From the NCBI GenBank assembly GCA_963845515.1, contig CAWJSR010000045.1, positions 128,001-192,000 of the forward strand: 64,000 bases of DNA, given 5' to 3'. Positions 28,796 through 40,192 of this stretch are shown here, one piece after another (the first letter of the stretch is position 1; each line of letters starts with the position of its first letter). The position numbers were made by a program, and so were the translations under genes. Below the pieces are notes generated by a model that did no database searches, was not told the DNA's origin, and saw only the letters and a program-made list of their open reading frames with translations. The stretch comes from an uncultured delta proteobacterium (GTDB lineage Bacteria; Myxococcota; Myxococcia; Myxococcales; Anaeromyxobacteraceae).

Positions 28796-28828
28796 CGGCG
28801 GCCACATGGTCACTATGATATGACCATG
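28792..28828 (+). promoter_or_regulatory. sigma70 promoter (TTGACG-16-TATGAT) and operator CATGGTCA-N8-TGACCATG of the phd-vapC pair
   Basis: Perfect 8-bp inverted repeat spanning the -10 box and start codon. Confidence 0.65.
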
Positions 28829-29056
28829 GTGCACGGGCGGCGGACCGTCTCCGCGGCGGTCTTCAAGGCGCGTTGCCTGGCGCTGATGGACGAGGTGAAC
28901 GCGACCGGCGAGACCCTCGTAGTCACGAAGCGCGGCCGGCCCGTCGCCAGGATCGTGGGGGGCGAAGAGCGCCCGCAGCGGCCGCTTCGGGGCAGCGTCC
29001 GGTGCAAGGGTGACATCGTCGGTCCCGTCGACGAGCCCTGGGACTCCGACCGGTGA
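28820..29056 (+). CDS. Phd/YefM family antitoxin
   Basis: FKA.CL.L.DEV..TGE..VTK.GRPVA; start may be ATG 28826. Confidence 0.9.
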   Translation: MTMVHGRRTVSAAVFKARCLALMDEVNATGETLVVTKRGRPVARIVGGEERPQRPLRGSVRCKGDIVGPVDEPWDSDR

Positions 29057-29436
29057 TCGTCCTGGACACGCACGCGTGGATCTGGCTCGCGAGCGATCCG
29101 GCGAAGCTCGGCAAGGAGACCCGGCGTCTCCTCCGGCGCGAGCGGGTGCGCGGCGTCGCGGCGATCAGCTGCTGGGAGGTGGCGATGCTCGCCGCCCGCG
29201 GGCGGATCGAGCTTGACCGGGAACCGGCTGCCTGGATGGACGACGCGCTGCGAGAGGTCGGCGCGGATCTCCTGCCGCTCACCCCCGCGGTTGCGGCCGC
29301 GTCCGCCCAGCTCGGGACCTTCCGCGGCGATCCCGCGGACCGGCTCATCGTCGCGACGGCGCTGACGCACGGCGCGGTGCTCGTCACGAAGGACGAGCGG
29401 ATCCGCGAGTTCGGGGCGGTGCGGACGGTCTGGTAG
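29053..29436 (+). CDS. vapC: VapC PIN-domain toxin
   Basis: LDTH..IW, IS.WE, DPADR.I.ATA, VT.D. Confidence 0.92.
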   Translation: MIVLDTHAWIWLASDPAKLGKETRRLLRRERVRGVAAISCWEVAMLAARGRIELDREPAAWMDDALREVGADLLPLTPAVAAASAQLGTFRGDPADRLIVATALTHGAVLVTKDERIREFGAVRTVW

Positions 29437-29450
29437 CTGGGCCCGCCCGC

Positions 29451-30317
29451 TCACCTCACGCACGCGGACTGCTCGCACTCGTGCTGCTGCTGCAGGGAGC
29501 ACGCGCGGCGCCAGTCCTTCAGCTTCGTCACGACGAACTCGGCGTAGAGGCAGGCGCTCTTCGCCCGCTCCGCCTCGGGCTGGAGCGCGAGCGCCTTCTG
29601 GTACGCGGCGTCGGCCTGCTTGAGGCGGCCCATGTAGTCGAGGACGCGCGCGAGGTTCCAGGCGTCCACGGGGTCCTTCGGCGCCGCCTTCACCGCCCTC
29701 TGTGCCCAGGAGAGCGCCTCGCCATCCCGCTTCAGCATCCCGTAGACGGCGGCGAGGTTCCCTGCGACGCGGTGGTCGCCCGGGTGACGCTTCTCGAGGG
29801 CGAGCAGGAAGGCCTCCGCCGCCTTGAGCGCGCGCCGCTGGAAGAGCTCCGCCGAGAAGGCGAGCCAGGCGTCGAGGCCGTCCTTGCCGGGATAGAGCAG
29901 GTCGCTCTCGAGCAAGGCGGGGATCATCCGCTCGTACATCGCCGCGAGCAGGAGGACGTGGAGGCGCCCCTGGTGGATCGAGAGGTCGCCAGGCGCCAGC
30001 AGCGCCGCGGCGTCGAGGTGGGCGAGCGCACGGAGCGCCGGGGCCTCGTCGTAACCCGGCGCCGCGAAGCCGCCCCCGTCGTCGCCACCGAGCCGGACGG
30101 CGTGCTCGCCGTGCGCACCCAGCTCGACGTTGGCGAGGCACTTGTGCGCCTCGGCCTTCGTCGCGGCGTCGGGGGACGAGAGCCACCCATCGCACAGCGC
30201 CCGGGCCTTCTCGAAGTCGCGCGCCTGGACGAGGGCGGCCCACTCGGCGGGGCGCGCCGTCGCTGCGGGCTCCACCGCGAGGACCACCGTCAGTGCACCC
30301 ATGATGATCGCGTACAT
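29451..30317 (-). CDS. Secreted TPR protein
   Basis: Signal peptide and TPR repeats (NLA...G....A...Y.KAL.L.P). Confidence 0.75.
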   Translation of the reverse strand: MYAIIMGALTVVLAVEPAATARPAEWAALVQARDFEKARALCDGWLSSPDAATKAEAHKCLANVELGAHGEHAVRLGGDDGGGFAAPGYDEAPALRALAHLDAAALLAPGDLSIHQGRLHVLLLAAMYERMIPALLESDLLYPGKDGLDAWLAFSAELFQRRALKAAEAFLLALEKRHPGDHRVAGNLAAVYGMLKRDGEALSWAQRAVKAAPKDPVDAWNLARVLDYMGRLKQADAAYQKALALQPEAERAKSACLYAEFVVTKLKDWRRACSLQQQHECEQSACVR

Positions 30318-30526
30318 GCTCACCTCCCGCCTGCGGGCGCTACGCTCGCACGCGCGGCGCGGAGGCGGCAAGCTCAGCGACCGTATCGCGCACCGTGCGT
30401 CCATCCGGCCGCAGACGGTTACTCTCCTGCCAGCGGACCGGGGCCGTGTATCTTGCTCTGAAGGCCGGTGCCACGACGGCGGCGGCGACTCAGGGTGGTT
30501 GTCCGGTTCCAGTCTCCGGGGGCTTC

Positions 30527-31165
30527 ATGGCGAAGCGCAGCTACGCGCTCGAGCGCGGCGGACCGAAGGTGCTCGGGCTTCGCTGGGGCGGGGAGATGCG
30601 GGACTTCGAGGTCACGCTCGGCGCCGCTACGTGGAAGCTTGATCGCGCAGCGCTCGCGGCGGGAGCGACGCTCGCGCTCCCCGACGGCTCCTCCCTGCTC
30701 GTCAAAAAGCCCGACCGCGCCTGGTACATGCTGTTCGAGTCGCGCAACGCGCTGATCGTCGAGTGCGACGGCGTCCCCGTCCCCGGCAGCGACGGCGAGC
30801 CGCGCGTTCTCGGACGCCGCGTCGGGGGGCTCATCCTGCTCTTCGGACTGGCTCGGTCCGTCGGCCTCGCGGTGCTCGTCGCCCAGCCGGGCGTCCAGTC
30901 GCTCGCGCGGTCGTTCCTGGTGGTCGCGGCGGAGGGGGCGATCCTGGTCGCGCTCGGGATCCTCGCCGTGGCCGGCCGCCGCCTTCCGGTCGGCCTGGCC
31001 GCCGGGCTCATGTCAGTCGAGGTGCTCTTCACGCTCGTGTGGGGGGTTGCGCCGCATCCTCTCGGGGTCCTCTTCGAGATGCTCGTCATCGTGCACCTGG
31101 CCCGGGGGTGGAGCCGCATGAGGCCGCGGGAGAGGCGCCCCTCGCTCGCTCAGGTCTTCGATTAG
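30527..31165 (+). CDS. Hypothetical membrane protein
   Basis: Soluble N-domain plus about four hydrophobic helices. Confidence 0.6.
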   Translation: MAKRSYALERGGPKVLGLRWGGEMRDFEVTLGAATWKLDRAALAAGATLALPDGSSLLVKKPDRAWYMLFESRNALIVECDGVPVPGSDGEPRVLGRRVGGLILLFGLARSVGLAVLVAQPGVQSLARSFLVVAAEGAILVALGILAVAGRRLPVGLAAGLMSVEVLFTLVWGVAPHPLGVLFEMLVIVHLARGWSRMRPRERRPSLAQVFD

Positions 31166-31168
31166 GAG

Positions 31169-32104
31169 TCAGTACCCGACGATCAGGGACGCCCCGGCGC
31201 CGCCCGGGAGCGGCATGGGCAGGAGGGCCGCCTGCAGCGATCGCGTGGCGGATCGCTCGCCGTTCTCGGGCCGCGAGGTGCGGTGCGCGACGACCCACTG
31301 TCCCACGTACCAGCCCATCGCGCCGCCCCAGATCAGGTCGGAGGCGTAGTGCTTGTGATCGATCGCGTGGAAGGTGACGAGCCCCCCGACGACGGCGTGC
31401 CCGGTGACCTGGAGCCAGACGGGCGGTTCGAAGTAGGCGAACCCGGCCGAGAGCAGGGAGTAGAGCGTCGCGGCGTGTCCCGACGGCGCGCCCGACGGAT
31501 ACTGCTTGAAGCCGACTCCGGGGCCGAAGACCCCCGGCTCCGTGCCGTCGCTTCGCGGCCCCTCGCGGCCGAGCAGGAGCTTGAGGCCGACGTGGTAGGC
31601 CTGTGCCACGGCGAGCGACTCGCCCATCAGCGACAGCCCCTGCGCGAGGCCGGTGCGTTCGGTCCGATCGGCCCACCACCAGGTGCCTAGCCCCCCCACG
31701 GCGAGGCTGCTCCAGAGCGTCGCCTGCATCGGCACGGTCCAGACCATCGGGAGGTGCGGGTCGAGCTCGCTGCGGAACCACCCGTCGAGGCGGGAGTCGG
31801 CCGAGCGCGGCGTGCGGACCATCAGCGAGGCGATGCCTCCCGACCAGAGCGCCAGCCGCGACCAGTCCGACCGGGTCCAGTCCCCGACGCCGGCGGGAAT
31901 GGCGACGATGTCGTAGAGCGCGCGAACTGGCGCGTCCATCCGGTCATAGCGGAACTCGTCGCCGTGGAAGGGGCCAGCATGCTCGACCGGGCCCGCCGCG
32001 TCCGGCGCGCTCTCCTCCGGGGACAGCACCCCGCGGCCGGTGGCGCAGCCGAGGCAGGCCGCCAGGAGCGCCGCCGCGATCTCAGGGCGGGAGCTCTGAT
32101 CCAT
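31169..32104 (-). CDS. PAP2 family phosphatase (probable lipoprotein)
   Basis: K....R.GP, PSGH, H.ASD...G; lipobox-like CLGC. Confidence 0.85.
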   Translation of the reverse strand: MDQSSRPEIAAALLAACLGCATGRGVLSPEESAPDAAGPVEHAGPFHGDEFRYDRMDAPVRALYDIVAIPAGVGDWTRSDWSRLALWSGGIASLMVRTPRSADSRLDGWFRSELDPHLPMVWTVPMQATLWSSLAVGGLGTWWWADRTERTGLAQGLSLMGESLAVAQAYHVGLKLLLGREGPRSDGTEPGVFGPGVGFKQYPSGAPSGHAATLYSLLSAGFAYFEPPVWLQVTGHAVVGGLVTFHAIDHKHYASDLIWGGAMGWYVGQWVVAHRTSRPENGERSATRSLQAALLPMPLPGGAGASLIVGY

Positions 32105-32305
32105 TCAAGTGCGTTCTTAAGGACTCACCGGAGCGGCGCGCCACGGCCCGGGGAGGGTTGCGCGGGTCGGCCGCAGGGCGCGCCATCCGCCCATGTGACG
32201 CCCCGCGCCATCACCCTCGGCAGATCCAGGAGTCGGACATGTCGGGGCAGGTGAACCCGCACCCTCCTTTCGGCTATGCTCCGTCGCTCTCACCCGGAGG
32301 GGCTC

Positions 32306-32731
32306 GTGGCCGTCGATCAGATCTCGGTCTTCCTGCAGAACGAGACGGGCGGCGTCGCCGACGTCGTCGACGTCCTGGCGCGCTCGGCCGTCGACATCCG
32401 CGCGCTGTCACTCGCCGACGAGAGCGACTTCGGCATCCTGCGGCTCATCGTCAACGAGACTGATCGCGCGGTCGCGTCACTCAAGGACGCGGGCTTCCCG
32501 GTCCGGCGCACGCCGGTGGTCGCGGTCGAGATCCCCGATCGTCCGGGCGGCCTCGCGACGACGCTGAATGCGCTCCGCGGCATCGCCGTCGAGTACATGT
32601 ACGCCTTCGTCCGGAAGAGCGGCGAGCAGGCGATCGTCGTCTTCCGCTTCGACGACGCCGAGAAGGCCATCGACACGCTCCGCAAGGCCGGAGCCCGCAT
32701 CCTCGAAGCCGACGACATCCAGAAGCTCTGA
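32306..32731 (+). CDS. Tandem ACT-domain protein
   Basis: QISVFL.N..G, DIRALSLA...FGILRLIV, PD.PGGL, EYMYAF. Confidence 0.9.
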   Translation: MAVDQISVFLQNETGGVADVVDVLARSAVDIRALSLADESDFGILRLIVNETDRAVASLKDAGFPVRRTPVVAVEIPDRPGGLATTLNALRGIAVEYMYAFVRKSGEQAIVVFRFDDAEKAIDTLRKAGARILEADDIQKL

Positions 32732-32784
32732 CCCACCAACCGTTCGAGACCGCAGCGCCCCCTACGTCGCAGAGGAGTCGCCCG

Positions 32785-33930
32785 ATGAAGATCCCCGTCA
32801 ACCTCGCCGCCCTTGCAGCCCTCGCCGTCGCCTTCTCGGCCCCGGCCCACGCGGCCGACGACACCATCAAGGTCGGCGCCCTCCTCTCGGTGACCGGCCC
32901 GGCGTCCTTCCTCGGCGCCCCAGAGGCGCGGACGCTCGAGATGCTCACCGAGCAGCTCAACGCGAAGGGCGGCGTCGCCGGGAAGAAGATCCAGCTCATC
33001 GTGAAGGACACCGCCGGAAGCCCGGAGAAGGCGGTCTCCTTCGCGAAGCAGCTGATCGAGGAGGAGCAGGTCTTCGCCATCATCGGTCCGGCGACCAGCG
33101 GCGAGACGATGCAGGTGAAGGGGATCGCCGAGGAGGCGAAGACGCCGCTCCTCTCCTGCGCCGCGGCCGAGGCGATCGTGAACCCGGTCGCCCGCTACGT
33201 GTTCAAGACCGCGCAGAAGGACAGCCACGCGATCGCCCACATCTTCGCGCAGATGAAGAAGATGGGCGCCACGAAGATCGGCGTCCTCTCGTCGAACACT
33301 GGCTTCGGCAAGGCTGGCAAGGAGCTGATCGGCAAGCTCGCGCCGGAGGCCGGAATCCAGATCGTCATCGACGAGACGTACGACAAGGCGGCGACCGACC
33401 TGACCGCCGAGGTGACCAAGCTGAAGGCGGCCGGCGTCCAGGCGCTCCTCAACTGGTCGATCGAGCCGGCGCAGTCGATCGTGATCAAGAACGCCCGGCA
33501 GATCGGGCTCAAGGTGCCGATCTTCCAGAGCCACGGCTTCGCCAACATCAACTACGTGAAGGGTGCTGGCGCGGCGGCGGAGGGCGTGATCTTCCCCGCC
33601 AGCGCGATCATCGTCGCCGAGTCGCTGCCGGCGAAGCATCCGCAGAAGAAGCTCCTCCTCGAGTACAAGAAGGCCTACGAGGGCAGGTACAAGGAAGACG
33701 CCAGCGCCTTCGGCGCCTATGCCCACGACGCGTTCGGCATCCTGGTGAAGGCGATCCAGGCGGGCGGCGCGGATCGCGAGAAGGTCCGCGACTCGATCGA
33801 GACCCTCAAGGGGTGGGCTGGCGCCTCGGGCGTCTTCACCATGTCGGCCGCCGACCACAACGGGCTCGGCATGGACGCCTTCGAGATGGTCACCGTGAAG
33901 AACGGCAGGTTCGTGCTCCTGGGGAAGTGA
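32785..33930 (+). CDS. LIV-type ABC substrate-binding protein
   Basis: Signal peptide; IKVG..LS.TGPAS.LG; N..GGV.G. Confidence 0.92.
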   Translation: MKIPVNLAALAALAVAFSAPAHAADDTIKVGALLSVTGPASFLGAPEARTLEMLTEQLNAKGGVAGKKIQLIVKDTAGSPEKAVSFAKQLIEEEQVFAIIGPATSGETMQVKGIAEEAKTPLLSCAAAEAIVNPVARYVFKTAQKDSHAIAHIFAQMKKMGATKIGVLSSNTGFGKAGKELIGKLAPEAGIQIVIDETYDKAATDLTAEVTKLKAAGVQALLNWSIEPAQSIVIKNARQIGLKVPIFQSHGFANINYVKGAGAAAEGVIFPASAIIVAESLPAKHPQKKLLLEYKKAYEGRYKEDASAFGAYAHDAFGILVKAIQAGGADREKVRDSIETLKGWAGASGVFTMSAADHNGLGMDAFEMVTVKNGRFVLLGK

Positions 33931-33958
33931 CGCCGGCGCGTCTCATCGGAGATCCCAC

Positions 33959-35101
33959 ATGAAGAAGCTCCTGTTCCTCGCTGCGTTCCTCGGTCTCGTC
34001 CCGGCCTCACCGGTGGCGGCTGCAGACGCTGCGCCGCTGAAGATCGGCGCGCTCCTCGCCGTCACCGGCCCGGCCTCGTTCCTCGGCGCCCCCGAGGCCC
34101 GCACCCTGGAGATGCTGGTCGAGGAGGCGAACGCGAAGGGTGGCGTCGACGGTCACAGGATCCAGCTCATCGTGAAGGACACCGGCGGCAGCCCCGAGAA
34201 GGCGGTCTCCTTCGCCAAGCAGCTGATCGAGGAGGAGCAGGTCTTCGCGATCATCGGCCCCGCGACCTCCGGCGAGACGATGCAGGTGAAGGCCATCGCC
34301 GAGGCCGGCCAGACGATCCTCATCTCCTGCGCCGCGGCCGAGGTGATCGTCAACCCGGTCGCTTCGCACGTCTTCAACGTCGCGCCGAAGGATCGCTACG
34401 CGGCGGAGATGATCTTCAGGCGGATGAAGAAGCTGGGGATCACGAAGGTCGGCCTCCTCTCCTCCAACACGGGCTTCGGGAAGGCCGGCAAGGAGCAGGT
34501 GGAGAAGGCCGCTCCCGGCGCGGGCATCGCGCTGGTCGCCAACGAGGTCTACGACAAGGCGGCCACCGACCTGACGGCCGAGGTGACCAAGCTGAAGGCG
34601 GCCGGGGTGCAGGCGATCCTCAACTGGTCCATCGAGCCCGCCCAGGCGATCGTGATCAAGAACGCGCGCCAGATCGGCCTGAAGGTCCCGATCTTCCAGA
34701 GCCACGGCTTCGCCAACATCCAGTACGCGAAGACCGCCGGCGCGGCGGCCGAGGGCGTGATGTTCCCCGCGAGCCGCATCGTCGTCGCCGACTCGCTCCC
34801 CGCGAAGCATCCGCAGAAGCAGGTCGTGACGGCGTACAAGACGGCCTACGAGGCGAGGTACAAGGAGGACGTCTCCACGTTCGGTGGCCACGCGTGGGAC
34901 TCCCTCAACATCCTCGTCCGCGCGGTGAAGGAGGCCGGGCTCGACCGCGAGAAGGTGCGCGCGGCGATCGAGAACATGAAGGGCTACGTCGGCACCGCCG
35001 GCGTCTTCAACTACTCGCCGACCGACCACAACGGCCTCAGCATCGACGCCTTCGCCATGCTGACCGTCAAGGGCGGGAAGTTCGTGATGCTCGCAGAGTG
35101 A
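33959..35101 (+). CDS. LIV-type ABC substrate-binding protein (tandem paralog)
   Basis: Long identical blocks shared with the preceding gene. Confidence 0.92.
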   Translation: MKKLLFLAAFLGLVPASPVAAADAAPLKIGALLAVTGPASFLGAPEARTLEMLVEEANAKGGVDGHRIQLIVKDTGGSPEKAVSFAKQLIEEEQVFAIIGPATSGETMQVKAIAEAGQTILISCAAAEVIVNPVASHVFNVAPKDRYAAEMIFRRMKKLGITKVGLLSSNTGFGKAGKEQVEKAAPGAGIALVANEVYDKAATDLTAEVTKLKAAGVQAILNWSIEPAQAIVIKNARQIGLKVPIFQSHGFANIQYAKTAGAAAEGVMFPASRIVVADSLPAKHPQKQVVTAYKTAYEARYKEDVSTFGGHAWDSLNILVRAVKEAGLDREKVRAAIENMKGYVGTAGVFNYSPTDHNGLSIDAFAMLTVKGGKFVMLAE

Positions 35102-35991
35102 TGTCCCTAGAGCTCGTCCTCCAGTACCTCGTCGCGGGGCTGACCTACGGCACGATCTACGCGGTCGTCGGCGTGGGCTTCAACATCATCTACAACGCCA
35201 CCGGCATCATCAACTTCGCCCAGGGCGAGTTCGTGATGCTGGGCGGGATGACGGCCGTGACGCTCCAGCGCCTGGTCCCGCTGCCGCTCGCCATCGCCGG
35301 CGCGGTCGTCGTGACCATGGCGGTGGGGGCGCTCATCGAGGTGAGCTTCATCCGGTGGCTCAGGAAGCCCTCGGTGCTCCGGATGGTCGTCATCACGATC
35401 GGGATCTCGATCGTGGTGCGCGAGGGGGCCCTCATGGTGTGGGGCGAGTCGGTCCGGGCGCTCCCCTACTTCACCGGGGACGAGGTCACGTCGCTCGCCC
35501 TCGCGGGCGTCCACGTGTCGCCCCAGGTCCTGTGGAGCCTCGGGACGTGCCTCGCGATCGTCGGGTTCCTCTGGTTCTTCTTCCAGCACACCTCGGTGGG
35601 GCGGCAGATGCGGGCCTGCGCCGCGAACCGCGACGCCGCCGCGCTCTGCGGGGTGCCCACCAGGAACCTCGTCACGCTCTCCTTCGTGCTCTCCGCCGGG
35701 ATCGGTGCGCTCGCCGGCTGCGTCACGTCGCCGATCACCTACACGTCGTACTCGATCGGCTCCGGCCTCGCCATCAAGGGCTTCACGGTCGCGATCCTCG
35801 GTGGGCTGGGGAACAGCATGGCGGCGGTCGGCGCTGGCTTCCTCGTCGGCATCCTGGAGGCGGCCAGCGTCTCGCTCCTCCCGGCCGCCTACAAGGACGC
35901 CGTCTCGGTGGCGCTGCTCCTCGCCATCCTCTTCGTCAGGCCGAGCGGGATCTTCGGGTCGGGCGAGGTGGAGAGGCTCAGGGCGCATTGA
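35101..35991 (+). CDS. livH: LIV-type ABC permease
   Basis: GL..G.IYA, INFAQG, G..MRA.A.N, ILGGLG. Confidence 0.92.
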   Translation: MSLELVLQYLVAGLTYGTIYAVVGVGFNIIYNATGIINFAQGEFVMLGGMTAVTLQRLVPLPLAIAGAVVVTMAVGALIEVSFIRWLRKPSVLRMVVITIGISIVVREGALMVWGESVRALPYFTGDEVTSLALAGVHVSPQVLWSLGTCLAIVGFLWFFFQHTSVGRQMRACAANRDAAALCGVPTRNLVTLSFVLSAGIGALAGCVTSPITYTSYSIGSGLAIKGFTVAILGGLGNSMAAVGAGFLVGILEAASVSLLPAAYKDAVSVALLLAILFVRPSGIFGSGEVERLRAH

Positions 35992-35993
35992 CG

Positions 35994-37091
35994 ATGCTCC
36001 GCTCCCGCTACGCCCGCATCGCGCTCTTCGGCGCCGCCGTCGTGGTCGTCCAGGCGGCCACCCACCTCGGCGGGAAGTCCTTCTTCCTGACGCAGCTCAC
36101 GATGTCCGGCTACTACACGCTCGTCGCCGTGGGGCTGTCGGTGCTGATGGGCTACGCGGGCCAGCTGTCGCTGGGCCACGCGGCCTTCTTCGCGATCGGC
36201 GGCTACGCGAGCGGCTGGTTGACGACCGCCGATCTCGCCCCGCTGCGCGGGCGGGGGCTCGTGGCGCTCCTGGATCGCGCGGGGCTCCTCGTCACGCGGG
36301 CCGACCTCTACGGCGGCGAGACCCTCGTGGTCCACCCGTGGGCCGCCTTCGCCGTCGCGATCGCGCTGGCGCTGGCCATCGCGTGGGCGATCGGCGTCCC
36401 GGTGCTCAGGCTCAAGGGGCACTACCTCGCGATGGCGACGCTCGGGTTCGGCACGATCGTCTACAGCGTCGTGCTCGGCACGGCCAGCTTCGGCGCCGCC
36501 GACGGCCTGTCCGGCGTCCCGCCGTTCCCGCTGCCCGCGGGGTTCTCGGTGAGCGGCGCCCGCGCCGACCGCATCTCGAACTACTACGTCGCGTGGGGGC
36601 TCGTGGCGCTCGCGCTCCTGCTGCTGGTCAACCTGGTCGAGTCCCGGGTCGGCCGGGCGCTCAGGGCGATCCACGGCGCGGAGGACGCCGCCGGCTCGAT
36701 GGGCGTCGACGTCGCGCGCTTCAAGCTCAAGACCTTCGTCCTCTCCGCGGTCCTGGCGGCCGTCGGCGGCTCCTTCCTCACCCACTACAGCGGCGGCATC
36801 GGCCCGGGCGAGGCGGCCGTCATGAAGTCCGTCCGCTACGTCGCGATCGTGGCCGTCGGCGGGATGGGCAGCCTCTGGGGCACCGTGGCCACCAGCCTCG
36901 CCCTCAACTTCCTGTCGCTGCGGGGCTACTTCGGGACGCTCGACGACGCGGTCTTCGGCGTCGTGCTGCTCGTCGTGATGCTCTTCTCGCCCGACGGGAT
37001 CCTGCAGCTCGACGTGCGCGGGTGGGTGGTGGCGCTGGTCGCGCGCCTGCGGAAGCCGGCCAGGCCGGCGAAGCCCGAGGAGCCGGCGTGA
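35994..37091 (+). CDS. livM: LIV-type ABC permease
   Basis: GYAGQLSLGHAAF, LRLKG.YLA.ATL, SR.GRA..AI, VGG.GS. Confidence 0.92.
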   Translation: MLRSRYARIALFGAAVVVVQAATHLGGKSFFLTQLTMSGYYTLVAVGLSVLMGYAGQLSLGHAAFFAIGGYASGWLTTADLAPLRGRGLVALLDRAGLLVTRADLYGGETLVVHPWAAFAVAIALALAIAWAIGVPVLRLKGHYLAMATLGFGTIVYSVVLGTASFGAADGLSGVPPFPLPAGFSVSGARADRISNYYVAWGLVALALLLLVNLVESRVGRALRAIHGAEDAAGSMGVDVARFKLKTFVLSAVLAAVGGSFLTHYSGGIGPGEAAVMKSVRYVAIVAVGGMGSLWGTVATSLALNFLSLRGYFGTLDDAVFGVVLLVVMLFSPDGILQLDVRGWVVALVARLRKPARPAKPEEPA

Positions 37092-37847
37092 CGGCGCTCC
37101 TCGAGGTGAGCGCGCTCTCGAAGCGCTTCGGCGGCCTGCAGGCGGTGAAGGAGGTCTCCTTCAAGGTCGAGAAGGGGACGGTCAAGGCGCTCATCGGGCC
37201 GAACGGCGCGGGCAAGACGACGCTCTTCCACCTCCTCTCCGGCGTCCTCTCACCGGACAGCGGCTCGGTCTCACTCCGCGGGGCGCCGATCCACGGCCTG
37301 CCGGCCCACCGCGTGGCGGCGCTCGGGCTCTCCCGCACGTTCCAGCACATCAGGCTCTTCGCGCACATGACGGCGCTGGAGAACGTGAAGGTCGGCTGCC
37401 ACGTACGGAGCCGCGCCGGCTTCCTGGCGGGGATGTTCCACCTCCCCTGGACCTGGAGTGAGGAGCGCGAGATCGCCCGCCGGGCGCAGGTCGAGCTGGA
37501 GTTCCTGGGCATCGGGGAGCTGGCCGACGCCGACGCGACGAGCCTCTCGTACGGCCAGCAGCGATCGGTCGAGCTGGCGCGCGCGCTCGCCGCCGGGCCG
37601 GAGCTGCTCCTGCTCGACGAGCCGGCGGCCGGCCTCAACATGCGCGAGACGGTCGAGCTCGCGAAGCTGATCGGCCGGATCAAGGAGCGCGGCGTGACGG
37701 TGCTCATCGTCGAGCACGACATGGGGCTCGTCATGAACGTCTCCGACGAGGTGGCGGTGCTCTCCTATGGCGAGAAGATCGCCGACGCCGATCCGCGGTC
37801 CGTGCAGAAGAACCCCGAGGTCATCCGGGTCTACCTGGGTGAGGACG

Positions 37848-37855
<8 letters not shown>
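37088..37855 (+). CDS. livG: LIV-type ABC ATPase
   Basis: GPNGAGKT, RTFQ, LSYGQQ, LLDEPAAG, V.EHDM. Confidence 0.93.
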
Positions 37856-38584
<729 letters not shown>

Positions 38585-38588
<4 letters not shown>

Positions 38589-39907
38589 GCGAGGGGGCGA
38601 AGACCATGATCTGGCAGCCCGAGAACGAGTGCATGGATCGCGCCGAGCTGGAGCAGCTGCAGCTCGAGCGGCTGGAGGCGACGCTGGTCCGCGTCTACCG
38701 CCACGTGCCGTTCTACCGGAAGCAGCTGGACGAGCTCGGGTTCGACCCGGACGACTTCCGGTCGCTCTCGGACCTCTCCAGGCTCCCGTTCACGACCAAG
38801 GACGACCTGCGCGCGAACCACCCGTACGGCCTCTTCGCCGTGCCGCTGCGTGACGTGGTCCGCGTGCACGCCTCGTCCGGAACCACCGGCCACGCCACCG
38901 CGGTCGGCTACACCCGCAACGACATGCGCACCTGGGCGGAGCTCACCGCGCGGGTGCTCGTGGCAGGCGGGGTCACCAAGGACGACGTGGTCCAGATCGC
39001 GTTCGACTACGGCCTCTTCACCGGCGCGTTCGGGCTGCACCAGGGCGCGGAGCGGCTGGGCGCGTCGGTCGTCCCGGTCTCGTCGGCCAACGCCAGGCGC
39101 CAGGTCGGCATCATGCGCGACTACCGCACGACTGCGCTCGTCACGACGCCGAGCCACGCGCTCAACATCGCCGACGCGATGATCGAGATGGGGCTCAACC
39201 CCGCCGCCCTCTCGCTGAAGCACGGCCTCTTCGGCACCGAGCCCTGGTCGGAGTCGATGCGCAGGGAGATCGAGGAGAAGCTGGAGATCACCGCGACCGA
39301 CAACTACGGCCTCTCCGAGGTGATGGGGCCGGGGGTCGCCTGCGAGTGCCTCGAGAAGAACGGCCTGCACCTGGCGGAGGACCACTTCATCGTCGAGGTG
39401 ATCGACCCGGAGACGCTGAAGCCCGTGGCGCCCGGGGTCGTGGGAGAGCTGGTCATCACGACGCTCACCAAGGAGGCGATCCCGGTGCTCCGCTACCGGA
39501 CGCGCGACCTCAGCTCCCTCGTCGACACGCCGTGCCCCTGCGGGCGGACCCACCGCCGGATCACGCGGGTGAAGGGTCGGACCGACGACATGATCATCGT
39601 GAAGGGGGCGCGCTTCTTCCCGTCGGAGATCGAGGCGGTCCTGTTCGAGGTCGAGGGGACCGAGCCCCACTACCAGATCCAGCTCGATCGCGAGGCGGGG
39701 CAGGAGAAGGTGACGGTGCTGGTGGAGGTCTCGGAGTCGACGTTCTTCGACGAGATGAAGAAGCAGGCCGTGGTGAAGGAGACGATCGTGAAGCGGCTCG
39801 CCGCCGAGGTCGGCGTCACCGTCGACGTGAAGCTCGTCGGCAGGAAGGTGCTCGAGCGCTTCGACGGGAAGGCGAGGCGGGTCGTGGATCGTCGCAAGGT
39901 GGAGTAG
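38585..39907 (+). CDS. paaK: Phenylacetate-CoA ligase
   Basis: HASSGTTG, YGLFTG.FG, YGLSE..GPG, RYRTRD, GR.DDM; start may be ATG 38606. Confidence 0.92.
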
Positions 39908-39942
39908 GAAGGAACGCGGAACGACAGGGAGGTCACAGGCTC

Positions 39943-40188
39943 ATGGGCTCGCTCCTTCAACTCATCGTCGTCGGCTTCATCGCCGGGTGGCTCGCCCGCT
40001 ACTACATGGGGGCGCGGAGGCGGGGGGCGGTCGTCGACATCGCGCTGGGGATCGTCGGCGCGGTCGCCGGCGGCTTCCTCTTCGGCATCCTCGGCTTCGG
40101 CGCGCACGGGCTCTTCGCGAAGATCGTCGTCGCCTTCATCGGCGCGGTGATCGTCATCGCCGCCTACCGGGCGTTGACCAGGCGCTGA
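39943..40188 (+). CDS. GlsB/YeaQ/YmgE (transglycosylase-associated) membrane protein
   Basis: G.IAGWLA ... LGIVGA..GG.L ... A.IGA. Confidence 0.88.
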   Translation: MGSLLQLIVVGFIAGWLARYYMGARRRGAVVDIALGIVGAVAGGFLFGILGFGAHGLFAKIVVAFIGAVIVIAAYRALTRR

Positions 40189-40192
40189 GGGG

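Noticed and set aside
30441..30456. Possible sigma54 promoter GGCCGTGTATCTTGC
   Set aside because: GG to GC spacing is 11, not the required 10
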